DNA of 61,975 bases, counting the filler. It is 7 parts of 7 records of this genome, joined end to end, with 100 filler letters (N's around TTAATTAATTAA, not from the genome) between each part and the next. Parts side by side here need not be neighbours in the genome. Positions count along the whole stretch, not along the records: positions 23,156 to 30,169 come from SRR31147125_23805; positions 30,270 to 35,700 come from SRR31147125_23806; positions 35,801 to 43,328 come from SRR31147125_23809; 4 more parts are not named here. One strand, written 5' to 3'. The position numbers and the translations under genes were made by a program. Below, one piece after another: positions 28,626-38,747 of the stretch. How positions within the stretch are numbered: the first letter of the stretch is position 1; each line of letters opens with the position of its first letter. Below the pieces are notes generated by a model. It saw nothing but the letters and a program-made list of their open reading frames with translations, had not been told where the DNA came from and did no database searches.

Positions 28626-29963
28626 TTATCTTGGCGGAGCTTGATTATTATTGTCACCTGTATTATTCATCTTTAAAAAGAATACGATTATCAATCCTAT
28701 AATTGCAAGTATTAGCACAATTACTATTATCAGAAGCACAGTAAGCATAACATTGCCAGAGCTATTAGTAGATTGACTATTATTATTGTTATTATTATTA
28801 TTGTTGTTATTACTAGCTTGTTGATTTGGATTAATAGTAATCAAATCGACAGAAGCTTGGGTTGTTGCTACTGGTGCTTGTGTAGGCGCAGGAGTATCTG
28901 TAATAACAGGTGTAGCAGTTGGCTCAGGTGTGTCAGTTGGTTTAGGAGTTGGTGTATCTTGCTTTACAGGCTGGAACAATACTTTTGAATAATACTTTAT
29001 ATATTTTCCGTCATACACAGTATTTTTAATATAGTAGTCAGCACTTATATCAAAGGAGTATGTTTTGGTTGGGTCTAATCCTTCGAAAGTATAGGATGTA
29101 GCTGAACTTGAAGCAGAATCTAGCCATGCACCTTGGTTTCCGCTGGAATTTGGTGTGCATATTGAAAATCTTTGTATCTCGGCAACTGCACCGTTAGGGA
29201 AAGTGATAGTTGGCATCTCCTCCCATTTAGCTGTAGCAATACCTGATGTTTGGCATATTAGATAAAAATCTGCTTTGTTTAGTTGATATTGATAATCGGC
29301 TGTGGAGGTTGCAGCAATTAATGTATTAACAAAAGACGTATCCTCTATATCAAAGAAGCAGTAATTACATATTAATACATCTAGATTTAAATTTGAAAAC
29401 GATGACGGTAAAGTATCTATTCTATTAGCACTAATATCTAAGTATTTTAGGTTAGACATACTGCCGATTTCTGATGGTATAACTGTAACGCTTAATGCAG
29501 AAATATCCAATGCTTCGAGATTGGATAGTGATTTAAGACGCTTTAGTTCATGCCTTGAAGTAATTGGATTGTTTCTTAAAATAAGAGAATCCAAGTTGTC
29601 AAGACTTTCGATTCCTGTTAGACTTGTTATGTTATAGTTACTTAAATCCAATGTGCCGGTTAATGAACCGAGATAGTTTTCTGTTAGATCATTAGGGGCT
29701 ACACCTAACTCAGACATTAAAGCACCTTCCAAATTAGAGTCTTCAAAGTAGACAAGAGAGGAAGTGTCACTTGGGGCAGGGGTATATAATGGATAAAGTG
29801 AAAAATAAGTAATCTGCGGGACAGTTGCTATGATGCTTGGAATAGGTAAGAACGTAACAAATGAACCAGTCGTAGCTGCCTGTGCACTAATTACTGAAAA
29901 TAAAAGCACACATATAACCAAAGATAAGGTTAACACTTTCAGAGTTTTCTTTAAATACAACAT
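28626..29963 (-). CDS. Leucine-rich-repeat surface protein with FN3-like domain, PT linker, poly-Asn and C-terminal TM anchor
   Basis: Signal peptide, FEDSNLE cap, LxxLxLxxNxI repeats, TPTPKPTDTP, N10 run, hydrophobic tail. Confidence 0.85.
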   Translation of the reverse strand: MLYLKKTLKVLTLSLVICVLLFSVISAQAATTGSFVTFLPIPSIIATVPQITYFSLYPLYTPAPSDTSSLVYFEDSNLEGALMSELGVAPNDLTENYLGSLTGTLDLSNYNITSLTGIESLDNLDSLILRNNPITSRHELKRLKSLSNLEALDISALSVTVIPSEIGSMSNLKYLDISANRIDTLPSSFSNLNLDVLICNYCFFDIEDTSFVNTLIAATSTADYQYQLNKADFYLICQTSGIATAKWEEMPTITFPNGAVAEIQRFSICTPNSSGNQGAWLDSASSSATSYTFEGLDPTKTYSFDISADYYIKNTVYDGKYIKYYSKVLFQPVKQDTPTPKPTDTPEPTATPVITDTPAPTQAPVATTQASVDLITINPNQQASNNNNNNNNNNNSQSTNSSGNVMLTVLLIIVIVLILAIIGLIIVFFLKMNNTGDNNNQAPPR

Positions 29964-30169
29964 AATAAATTCTACCTCAAAAATATTTTTAACGACTATA
30001 TTATATATTAGAATAGTTTTATTTGCAATGCAAGCAATTGGTTGAGCTAATCAATAATGGATAAACAGTGATTGATAAATAAAAATGCAATTTATTTTAA
30101 TTTTACTGACAGTTCTATGCTTTACTAATTTATTAAAATGGGATTGTTGAAAAATAAAATTTTTCAACT

Positions 30170-30269
30170 NNNNNNNNNNNNNNNNNNNNNNNNNNNNNNN
30201 NNNNNNNNNNNNNTTAATTAATTAANNNNNNNNNNNNNNNNNNNNNNNNNNNNNNNNNNNNNNNNNNNN
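30170..30269. other. Artificial contig spacer
   Basis: N-run with TTAATTAATTAA. Confidence 0.98.
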
Positions 30270-30520
30270 AAAAATTTAGTTCAGACTTATGAAAAGAGGA
30301 GATACTTTCATAATAAGGAGTATCTTCATGTCTGGGAAATGAATAATTAAGAGTCCTGGATTTTCCATTTACCGAATGAAAGTTTAAAGGAAATGTTTTT
30401 GACTCATCTAAAAAAGTTTATTACTGGTTTTATTTAGAAAAAAATCGTTGAGAACAAACACAGGAATAAAACTAAAAAAATTAAAAAATAGATATTAATA
30501 TTTGTTTTGATGTTTTTCAT
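30270..30520 (-). CDS. N-terminal fragment of a membrane-anchored protein (frameshift in T-run, cut by contig end)
   Basis: RBS AGGAG, MKNIKTNINIYFLIF; continues in a shifted open frame to the contig edge. Confidence 0.4.
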
Positions 30521-30748
30521 GTTGACTCCTTAAATTCCTTTAATTCGAATCTATGATGATTAATTTATCTGTAAATAGTCTAACATATCATTCACTTATT
30601 TTGAAGAAAAATATATATTGTCAAAATAAAAGTTTTTTGATAACACTTGATTGTTGTGATTAAAAATGCTAAATACTACTTGTTTGCTATTGTGAAAAAT
30701 GTTAGAATTTAAAAGGTAAATTATGTTTTGAGATAAACTGGAGGAGAG

Positions 30749-31507
30749 ATGAAATTAGTTGATACACACTGTCATATATATGGGGACAGATATAAGGATG
30801 ATATAGATGAAGTACTAAAACGAGCAGGTAATGATCTTGAGTTCATGGTGAATATTGGCTATGATTTAGACAGTTCTTTAACAAGCGTAGAGCAATCTAA
30901 AAAATACAAATTTATTTATGCAACAGTTGGATATCATCCTACTGATATTAAGGGATTAACGGATGAAACTGCCGCTAGAATTCTAGAGTTAGCCAAAGAG
31001 AAAAAAGTTGTTGCCATTGGAGAGATTGGACTTGACTATCACTGGATGGAAGACCCAAAAGATGTTCAGGCCGCTGGATTTAGAAAACAACTAGAGATAG
31101 CAAGAGAGTTAAATAAACCTGTTGTTATTCATACTAGAGATGCAATGAAGGATACTGTTGATATACTAAATGAGTATAAAGATGTAGGAGGAATATTGCA
31201 CTGTTATCCAGGTAGCTATGAAACAGCTAAACAACTTATGGAGAGATACTATTTCGGAGTAAATGGTGTGCTTACGTTCAAAAACAATAAAAAAACAGTA
31301 GAAGCCTTTGCTAAAATACCAATTAATAGAATTGTTATTGAAACAGATGCTCCTTATTTAACTCCAATGCCGTTTAGAGGTAAGAGGAATGAGCCGGCGT
31401 ATGTAAAATATATAGCTGAAAAGTTGGCTGAAATTAAAGGAATATCTCTAGAAGAGGTAATAAGGATTACAACTGAGAATGCCAAAAAAGTATACAGAAT
31501 TAAATAA
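30749..31507 (+). CDS. tatD: TatD-family DNase
   Basis: DTHCH, GEIGLDY, IHTRDA, ETDAPYL, RGKRNEP. Confidence 0.95.
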   Translation: MKLVDTHCHIYGDRYKDDIDEVLKRAGNDLEFMVNIGYDLDSSLTSVEQSKKYKFIYATVGYHPTDIKGLTDETAARILELAKEKKVVAIGEIGLDYHWMEDPKDVQAAGFRKQLEIARELNKPVVIHTRDAMKDTVDILNEYKDVGGILHCYPGSYETAKQLMERYYFGVNGVLTFKNNKKTVEAFAKIPINRIVIETDAPYLTPMPFRGKRNEPAYVKYIAEKLAEIKGISLEEVIRITTENAKKVYRIK

Positions 31508-31537
31508 TAAAATTAATTAAAGAATTGAGGAATAAAT

Positions 31538-32352
31538 ATGTTAACTTGCCCAGTGTGTAAAGGGGAATTAGAAAAAGATAATAAAACCTATAGATGCGAA
31601 AATAACCATTGTTTTGATGAAGCGAAACAGGGTTACGTAAATCTACTGTTATCAAACAAAAAAATAGTAAAGCTCCTGGTGATGACCGTGAAATGATTCA
31701 ATCAAGAAGAGATTTTCTAAATCAAGGTTTTTATCAGGGTATATCAGATGAAGTAAACTCTATTATAAAGAGTTTAAGTGAAAAGAAAGATGAGTTTAAC
31801 ATAATAGATATAGGATGTGGAGAAGGATATTATACTAATAGGCTTAAAAATGAGCTTCCTGATTCAAATGTTTTAGGTTTAGATATCTCAAAAGAGGCAG
31901 TGATTTTTGCAGCGAGAACCTATAAAGAGATAGACTGGATAGTAGCCAGTGCAGTTGAGGTTCCAGTGCCTGACAAAAGTCAAGATGTGGCATTATGTAT
32001 GTTTACCAGATTAGCGCCAGAAGAGAACTGTAGACTATTAAAAGACAATGGAAAATTAATTATTGTTTCCACTGGAGAGTACCATTTAGTTGAACTAAAA
32101 GAGGTAGTTTACGAGAAACTTAAAATGGAGTATTTTTCACCTGTAGAAGAGATGAAACCATTTTTTAAACATGTCGAAACTGTTAATGTAAGATATAAAA
32201 AAGAGCTAAATACAAACGATGATATTATGAATCTATTTAATATGACTCCATATAAATGGAAAAGCCCTAGAGAGGGAGTCGAAAAACTAGAAAATACAAA
32301 CGATCTTAGCTTAACAATAGAAGTAAATATAGATATATTTGAGAAAGCATAG
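31538..32352 (+). CDS. rlmA: 23S rRNA m1G methyltransferase RlmA-like (frameshift at A7 31658-31664)
   Basis: CPVC...CENNHCFD Zn finger, GYVNLL, PGDDREM, DIGCGEGYY, MTPY. Confidence 0.85.
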
Positions 32353-32360
32353 GTGTCTTT

Positions 32361-32729
32361 ATGGATTTATTAGGTTTAGGAAATGATATAATTGAGATCG
32401 AGAGAATAAAAAAAGCAATTGAGAAAAACTCAAGATTTTTGACGAGAGTTTTTACTGAAAAAGAGATAGAAGTTCTGGGAGTTAAAAGTAATCCGTATAA
32501 CTCATATGCAGGTAGATTTGCAGCGAAAGAAGCTGTAGCAAAAGCATTTGGTACAGGAATTAGAAATTTTAATCTTACAGATATTGAGATTTTGAATGAT
32601 GATTTAGGAAAACCATATGTTTGTTTAAAAAATGATCTAAAAGAAATGTATAAAGATTACGACATAATGTTGTCGATATCTCATAGTAGAGACAGTGCGC
32701 TTGCTACGGCTATTTTGTATAAAAAATAA
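32361..32729 (+). CDS. acpS: Holo-ACP synthase
   Basis: GNDIIEI, AGRFAAKEAVAKAFGTG, SISH. Confidence 0.95.
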   Translation: MDLLGLGNDIIEIERIKKAIEKNSRFLTRVFTEKEIEVLGVKSNPYNSYAGRFAAKEAVAKAFGTGIRNFNLTDIEILNDDLGKPYVCLKNDLKEMYKDYDIMLSISHSRDSALATAILYKK

Positions 32730-32758
32730 TATCGTTTAAGATAAATGCGAGGTAGATT

Positions 32759-33226
32759 ATGTTAATTATGGAAGATGTTTATGAAAGAATAGAATTTTAT
32801 ATAAGCGGAATATCAGATAAGTTAGCTCGATTAGAGGATATACTATATATTGCGCAAACTGAGCTAGGTTACTTGCCAATTAAAATTCAAGAGTTTATAT
32901 CTGAGAAGACTGAAATATCTTTGGCTGATATTCAAAACTGTATCATAGAATCTTCATCACTAGAGGGTGAAGAGGACAGCGCTATAACTATTTTGGTGTG
33001 TGTAGGAGCAAGATGTAGTAGTAGAGGAAGCAGAGATATATTAAAAGAGTTTGAAAGGCAGCTGGAGATAAAAGCTGGAAGTAAAACAGCTGATGGAAAA
33101 ATAAAATTGGATGTAAAGAACTGCTTTGGAAAATGTGCAGTTGGACCAAATGTATTTGTAGACTCAAAACATTATAGAGGTGTGAGTGAAGAAGATGTAG
33201 ATAGAATAATTCTAGAAATTGATTAA
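32759..33226 (+). CDS. NuoE/HndA-like [2Fe-2S] protein
   Basis: AQTELGYLP, CVGARC, CFGKCAVGP. Confidence 0.8.
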   Translation: MLIMEDVYERIEFYISGISDKLARLEDILYIAQTELGYLPIKIQEFISEKTEISLADIQNCIIESSSLEGEEDSAITILVCVGARCSSRGSRDILKEFERQLEIKAGSKTADGKIKLDVKNCFGKCAVGPNVFVDSKHYRGVSEEDVDRIILEID

Positions 33227-33354
33227 CTCCTTTTCACTACACATAGAGGTTTTTTTATGATATAATTTTGGGTACTTTGATGTGATAATTTTATTGAAAA
33301 TTTAATAAGAAACTTTTATGAAAATAAACATATTTCAGAAGGAGAAAAGATATC

Positions 33355-34551
33355 ATGAAAAAAAATTAGTAACACTTTTACTGATTTTATTAACTAGTGT
33401 AATTTTAGCTGATAATTTTGGTGCAGATATATTTAATCAAGAGACAGATATTTACTTTACTTCAAAAGAGGTAAATATTTATGATTTGGAAAATAATGAT
33501 CTAAAGGAATTAAAGCAAATACTTGATGAATATAAGTTCTTTAAAGGAATAAATATATATGAACAATTAAAAAATAGAGAGTACAGTGTTGTTTATGAAA
33601 GAACAGGTCAAAGTAAGAAGTTCTTTATATTGATATCATTAGCTGGAGAAACAATCTCTCTTCCGGATAATGGTTTTGAGACAGAAGAGATGAATGATTT
33701 AGTTATCAAATATACCCTTGGTGATGAGCAGTATATCTATGCTTACGACGAAAATCAACTTATTTTATCAAATGATATGACTCTATTTTTCCTTACTATA
33801 GAATCAGATGTTAATGAAAAAAAATCATTAAATCAAAAAGAAAAGTTCGCAGAGATGATGAATGAAGATTTAGACTTTGCCTATAAGTATTATGTTGAAA
33901 CGGAAGACTTAGTTGATGAAAAATATATATCCTTAGCAAAAGCTTATTTCGAGTTAAAGAGTGGAGGGTTTATTAAGAAAGATTACCTTCTAGATGGTAG
34001 TGAAAGAGAGTACAAAACTTTTGATTTAACAGATTATATTTATAATAACTATTCTGAAATCCAATTAGGTATAGATTCTAAAATTGTAAAATCGGGAGTA
34101 AAGAGATTAATACCTGAATTTAAACTTTATGACGAGAGCAAAATAGATATGTACTTAAAAAATAACTTGGAGATGGCAGTTAACGTAAAAATAGAGGTCG
34201 GCGAATATACCCTTATTACTTTAGGAGATTATGCTAGCACAGAAGAGTTTATAAAACAAATGTTCGGTGAAGCTATTTTTTATAATGGAGAGATCGAACT
34301 TACTGATGCAGAAACATATAAATATTATGAGCTTCCTTTGCTATTTAGAAAAATATATTTTTGAAGCTGGAAGATTTTTAATGTTAACCGATAATTTAAA
34401 TATAGTAGAGATGTTTTCTAATGCTGAGATTTACAATGAAAATTTCGTAGATACTTTAAACTATGACGAAGTAACTATTAAAAATAATAAACTACTGATT
34501 AAATCAAATGCAGAGAATATTTTATTAGAGATTGAAAATTATATTAAATAA
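33355..34551 (+). CDS. Hypothetical exported protein (frameshifts near 33358-33365 and 34358-34362)
   Basis: RBS AAGGAG then ATG 33355 plus signal-like LVTLLLILLTSVILA; ORFs 33318..34364 and 34267..34551 join at homopolymer runs. Confidence 0.55.
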
Positions 34552-34599
34552 AGAGGAAATTTAGATTTATATCTAAAAAAATGATTAAGGAGATACTAG

Positions 34600-35700
34600 A
34601 TGGATATTTTTGAAATAAAAAGAACGGTTGAAGATATAGCGTCCCAAATTGAAGAAAACAGGAGGCATCTTTGACTTAGAGGTTAAAGAGGAGAAAATTA
34701 AGGAGCTTGAAACTAAAACTTTTGAGGCTGATTTTTGGAGTGATAAGCAAAATAGTGAGAAAGTTATAAAGGAGTTAAATGGTTTAAAGGAAACAGTTGC
34801 TAAATATAATAAACTTGAAAGCAAATGCGAAGAGGTACAGCTTTTAATTGAGTTTTATGAGAGTGGAGAAACTGAATTTGAAGCAGAACTATTGGAAAAA
34901 TCAAATGACTTAGAAAAAGAATCAGAAGAGTTTAATATTTCGATGCTTTTGGATAGTGAGTATGATGTTAATAATGCAATAGTTACTATTCATTCAGGAG
35001 CAGGTGGAACAGAAGCTTGTGATTGGGCAGAGATGCTTTTAGACTTTATGATAGGTGGTGTAGTTCAAAGAAGTATAAGATAACGATACTTGATAGCTTA
35101 GCAGGTGATGGAGCTGGCTACAAATCAATTACGTTTATGGTAGAGGGAAACCTTGCTTTTGGTTATCTAAAAAGTGAAAAAGGAGTACACAGGTTGGTTA
35201 GAATATCTCCTTTTGATTCAAATAAAAGAAGACATACATCTTTTGCATCTATTGACGTTGTACCGGAAGTAGATGATTCCATTGAGATAGAAATTAATCA
35301 AGTAGATTTAAAAATAGATACATATAGAGCCAGCGGAGCAGGAGGTCAACATGTTAACATGACTGATTCTGCTGTAAGAATAACGCACCTACCAACGAAT
35401 ACTGTTGTAACCTGCCAAAATCAGAGGTCACAATTAAAAAATAGAGAAACTGCTATGAAAATTCTAAAATCAAAACTGTTTGAATTAGAACTAAAGAAAA
35501 AAGAGGAAGAACTTAAGAAACTGAAAGGTGAGCAAACAGAGATCTCTTGGGGTAATCAAATTAGGTCATATGTTTTCCAACCATACACAATGGTAAAGGA
35601 TCATAGAACTAATTTTGAATCTGGAAATGTTCAATCAGTAATGGATGGAAATATAGATGGATTTATTAACGAATATCTTAAATGGATAAAAAATAAGGAG
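34600..35700 (+). CDS. prfB: Peptide chain release factor 2 with programmed +1 frameshift (plus a probable sequencing frameshift near 35036-35041)
   Basis: MDIFEIK...RRHL then [33 protein letters not shown]. Confidence 0.95.
34660..34675 (+). other. prfB programmed +1 frameshift signal
   Basis: Internal SD AGGAGG, 3-nt spacer, CTTTGAC. Confidence 0.92.
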
Positions 35701-35800
35701 NNNNNNNNNNNNNNNNNNNNNNNNNNNNNNNNNNNNNNNNNNNNTTAATTAATTAANNNNNNNNNNNNNNNNNNNNNNNNNNNNNNNNNNNNNNNNNNNN
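35701..35800. other. Artificial contig spacer
   Basis: N-run with TTAATTAATTAA. Confidence 0.98.
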
Positions 35801-35802
35801 TT

Positions 35803-36618
35803 ATTGATAATCAGACTTCATTTATCCCTTCAGTTAAAACTCTGGAGTATGTAATTCAGCATAAGTTTGGTACTGTAGATAATGGTTCGTCAGATCTTTG
35901 GGGAGTTTTTGCCCCAGGAGCAAATGTTCGGTTTGGCATAAATTATGTCGTTGCCAATAATATTCAGATTGGGTGGGGAATTACTAAAAGGAGAATGATG
36001 AATGACTTTAATGCAAAGTGGACAATTTTTGAGCAAACAAGAAATAATACAATTCCCGTTTTTGTAACTGTTTTTGCAAATGCAGCATTAGATGGGAGAA
36101 ATAAAGATGATTTTGGTGAATTGTATGATTTTGAGAATCCTCAAGAAATGTATAATTATGAATTTAGCCACAGATTCTCATATTTTGCTCAGTTAATTAT
36201 TGGACGTAAACTAACCGATGCATTTAGTGTTCAAACAGGTGTTAGTTTTTCGCATGCGAACTTAGTTGATATCTGGCATGATCACGATCGAGTGGGATTG
36301 CATTTTAATGGTCGTGCAAAAGTTAGTCCACAAGGTGCAATCATTTTTAATTTGGATATTCCTCTTGAGATCGAAAAAATTTCAGAACAACACCCTGAGT
36401 GGAATGCCACAAATACTCCAGATTGGAATGGACCTTATCATCCAAAACCAAATTTATCATTCGGTTATGAGATTTCTACAAGCACTCATGCTTTTCAAAT
36501 TTTTGCCGGGAATTCTTCGGGAATTCTTTTGCAGGACATAATGATGAATAATTACAACAAGATTAAAAAGGATAACTTTGCTATAGGGTTTACAATCACG
36601 AGATTGTGGAGCTTCTAG
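35803..36618 (+). CDS. Outer-membrane beta-barrel, DUF5777-like (5' truncated)
   Basis: Frame open from contig start (IDNQT...IQHKFG), EISTSTHAFQIF, C-terminal GFTITRLWSF. Confidence 0.75.
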   Translation: MDNQTSFIPSVKTLEYVIQHKFGTVDNGSSDLWGVFAPGANVRFGINYVVANNIQIGWGITKRRMMNDFNAKWTIFEQTRNNTIPVFVTVFANAALDGRNKDDFGELYDFENPQEMYNYEFSHRFSYFAQLIIGRKLTDAFSVQTGVSFSHANLVDIWHDHDRVGLHFNGRAKVSPQGAIIFNLDIPLEIEKISEQHPEWNATNTPDWNGPYHPKPNLSFGYEISTSTHAFQIFAGNSSGILLQDIMMNNYNKIKKDNFAIGFTITRLWSF

Positions 36619-36629
36619 TATTAATTAAA

Positions 36630-37058
36630 ATGAGAGATATGAAAAATAACAGAAACACGTTGGCATTTTTAGTTATTGTTTTTGCATGTGGGCTTTTATT
36701 CTCATTTGTAACTGTTCAGGATAAAAAAGACGGTGGATCTTGGGATATTCCTGAAAAGTACAAAAACATGGAAAACAAGTATAAAGAAGATGCTTCCCTT
36801 AATAAGGTTGGGAAAATACTTTATTTAAAACATTGTAGATCTTGTCATGGAAGCAAAGGTGAAGGTGATGGACCTAAAGCTGCAAGTTTAAAGACTGCTT
36901 TAAAATCATTAAAAGCTGCAGAGTTTCAAGCACAATCAGATGGTGTAATTTACTATCAATCAATAATTGGGAGAGATGAAATGCCTAACTATGAAAGCAA
37001 AATTCCCGATGAAGAAGATCGATGGGCTCTTGTGAATTATATTCGGACTTTAAAATAA
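36630..37058 (+). CDS. Monoheme cytochrome c
   Basis: Signal peptide, CRSCH, GEGDGP, distal MP, RWALVNYIR. Confidence 0.92.
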   Translation: MRDMKNNRNTLAFLVIVFACGLLFSFVTVQDKKDGGSWDIPEKYKNMENKYKEDASLNKVGKILYLKHCRSCHGSKGEGDGPKAASLKTALKSLKAAEFQAQSDGVIYYQSIIGRDEMPNYESKIPDEEDRWALVNYIRTLK

Positions 37059-37066
37059 GAATGGAT

Positions 37067-37094
37067 AACCGGGGGCATACCACTCCCGGTTTTT
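37067..37094 (+). terminator. Hairpin/terminator
   Basis: AACCGGG...CCCGGTT then T-run. Confidence 0.6.
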
Positions 37095-37096
37095 AA

Positions 37097-38053
37097 ATGG
37101 TAAAAATGAGCTTACTACGTTTTTGTTTACTATTGATATTTTCTTTGTTCCTTAATCCAATTGCAATTGCTGAGGAGCAAAAACTTACTGAATCCAATAA
37201 ACATTGTTTGGAGTGCCATTCAAACCAGACATATACATTCTACAATGAGTGGATGGATACGAAAAGTATAAGGATGATGAATCCTTTTTACATTATTGAT
37301 TCAGTACGATTTGTAACTGGAGTTCACGGAGGCTTTAATTGTTTTGATTGTCATTCTCCCGATTACGAAACCTATCCACATAATGCCGAACTCAAACTGG
37401 AACCGTTGAATACATGTATTGATTGCCATGGAGGAGATGAAACATATGCAGATTATCAGTTTGATAAGATAGAAGAAGAGTTCAGTAAAAGTGTTCATTT
37501 CGAAATAAGCGGTGAAAGTTTTACTTGTTCAAAATGTCATAATCCTCATTATTACAAAACTACAGCTCGAATTAGTGGTCAGATTAATGAGATTGTAGAC
37601 TATAACAATACAATCTGCTTGTCCTGTCACAATGATTATTTGAAGTATCAAACAGTTGCAGGATCGAATTTACCACAACTCAGCCAGGTTCATGATTGGT
37701 TGCCAAATCAGGAATTACATTTTCAACATGTGAGGTGTATTGAATGTCACACACAGGTTGTTGATTCATTTCTGGTATCACATAATATTATGCCCAAAGA
37801 ACAGGCTCTGGAAGATTGCAATGGATGCCATTCTGCTAATTCTTTACTAAAGGCATCGCTATATAAGTATCAGAACATTCAGGCTCGTTCCGAAGAAGGA
37901 AAATTGGGTGCATTGATATCTAATGAGGCTTACATTATTGGGGCAAATCAGAATCCAATATTGAAATTATTGAGTTGGATTATTTTTGGTATTACACTTT
38001 TAGCAATTGCTATTCATTGGTTGCTTCGAATTACAAAAAGGAACAGGTCATGA
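37097..38053 (+). CDS. Heptaheme cytochrome c with C-terminal TM anchor (CbcA-like)
   Basis: 7 CxxCH (CLECH, CFDCH, CIDCH, CSKCH, CLSCH, CIECH, CNGCH), signal peptide, C-terminal TM with His. Confidence 0.88.
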   Translation: MVKMSLLRFCLLLIFSLFLNPIAIAEEQKLTESNKHCLECHSNQTYTFYNEWMDTKSIRMMNPFYIIDSVRFVTGVHGGFNCFDCHSPDYETYPHNAELKLEPLNTCIDCHGGDETYADYQFDKIEEEFSKSVHFEISGESFTCSKCHNPHYYKTTARISGQINEIVDYNNTICLSCHNDYLKYQTVAGSNLPQLSQVHDWLPNQELHFQHVRCIECHTQVVDSFLVSHNIMPKEQALEDCNGCHSANSLLKASLYKYQNIQARSEEGKLGALISNEAYIIGANQNPILKLLSWIIFGITLLAIAIHWLLRITKRNRS

Positions 38054-38691
38054 AAGAAGATAAAAGAATATATTTTTATCCGGTGTGGCTTCGGGTCTGG
38101 CATGGAGTTAACGCATTGGGGATAATTGGTTTAATTATTACAGGTATAAGGCTGCAGTATTCAGATCTTCTGTTGTTACCCATGAGTTTTGGGTTGGCTG
38201 TTAGCTTGCACAATATTTTAGGAATTATTGTATCTGTAAATTACCTATTATTTGTAATTGGGAATATGGTAACAAGCAATAAGAAATTTTATAAGATTAA
38301 GCCAAAAGGACTAGTTAAGAGGGTGAAAAAACAGAGCCAGTTTTATATGTCTGGATTAATGAAAGGAGACGAACCTCCATTTCCGCTTTCTGAAAAACGG
38401 AAGTTTAATCCACTTCAGAAATATTCCTATATTGCTGTAATGTACCTTTTAATGCCACTATTAATCATTTCAGGAGTTGCGTTGTTATTTCCCGAATTAA
38501 TAATTCAGGAAGTTTATTCATACAGTGGAATTTTTCTAACTGCTTTTTTGCATGCTGGAATCGGTTTTTTCATTTCAATATTTTTAATAATTCACTTGTA
38601 TGTTGCATCGATTGGGAAAAGTCCTCTCGATAATTTTAGAAGTATTATTGATGGATATCACGGTGTTACTCCTAAGGAAAAAAAGAAATAA
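38050..38691 (+). CDS. Four-helix di-heme cytochrome b (FdnI/HydC, CbcB-like)
   Basis: RVWH, LHNILG, KFNPLQK, FLHA, IIHLY; overlaps the upstream stop (ATGA). Confidence 0.9.
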   Translation: MKEDKRIYFYPVWLRVWHGVNALGIIGLIITGIRLQYSDLLLLPMSFGLAVSLHNILGIIVSVNYLLFVIGNMVTSNKKFYKIKPKGLVKRVKKQSQFYMSGLMKGDEPPFPLSEKRKFNPLQKYSYIAVMYLLMPLLIISGVALLFPELIIQEVYSYSGIFLTAFLHAGIGFFISIFLIIHLYVASIGKSPLDNFRSIIDGYHGVTPKEKKK

Positions 38692-38747
38692 GTTTTTGGG
38701 AATTTGGAATGTGAAACATCGTTAAAGTAATTTTTAAAACTATTCTT

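Noticed and set aside
35023-35083. Second frameshift in prfB as novel recoding
   Set aside because: No SD or slippery-stop signal; lies at a T-run in a conserved region, consistent with the window-wide indel errors
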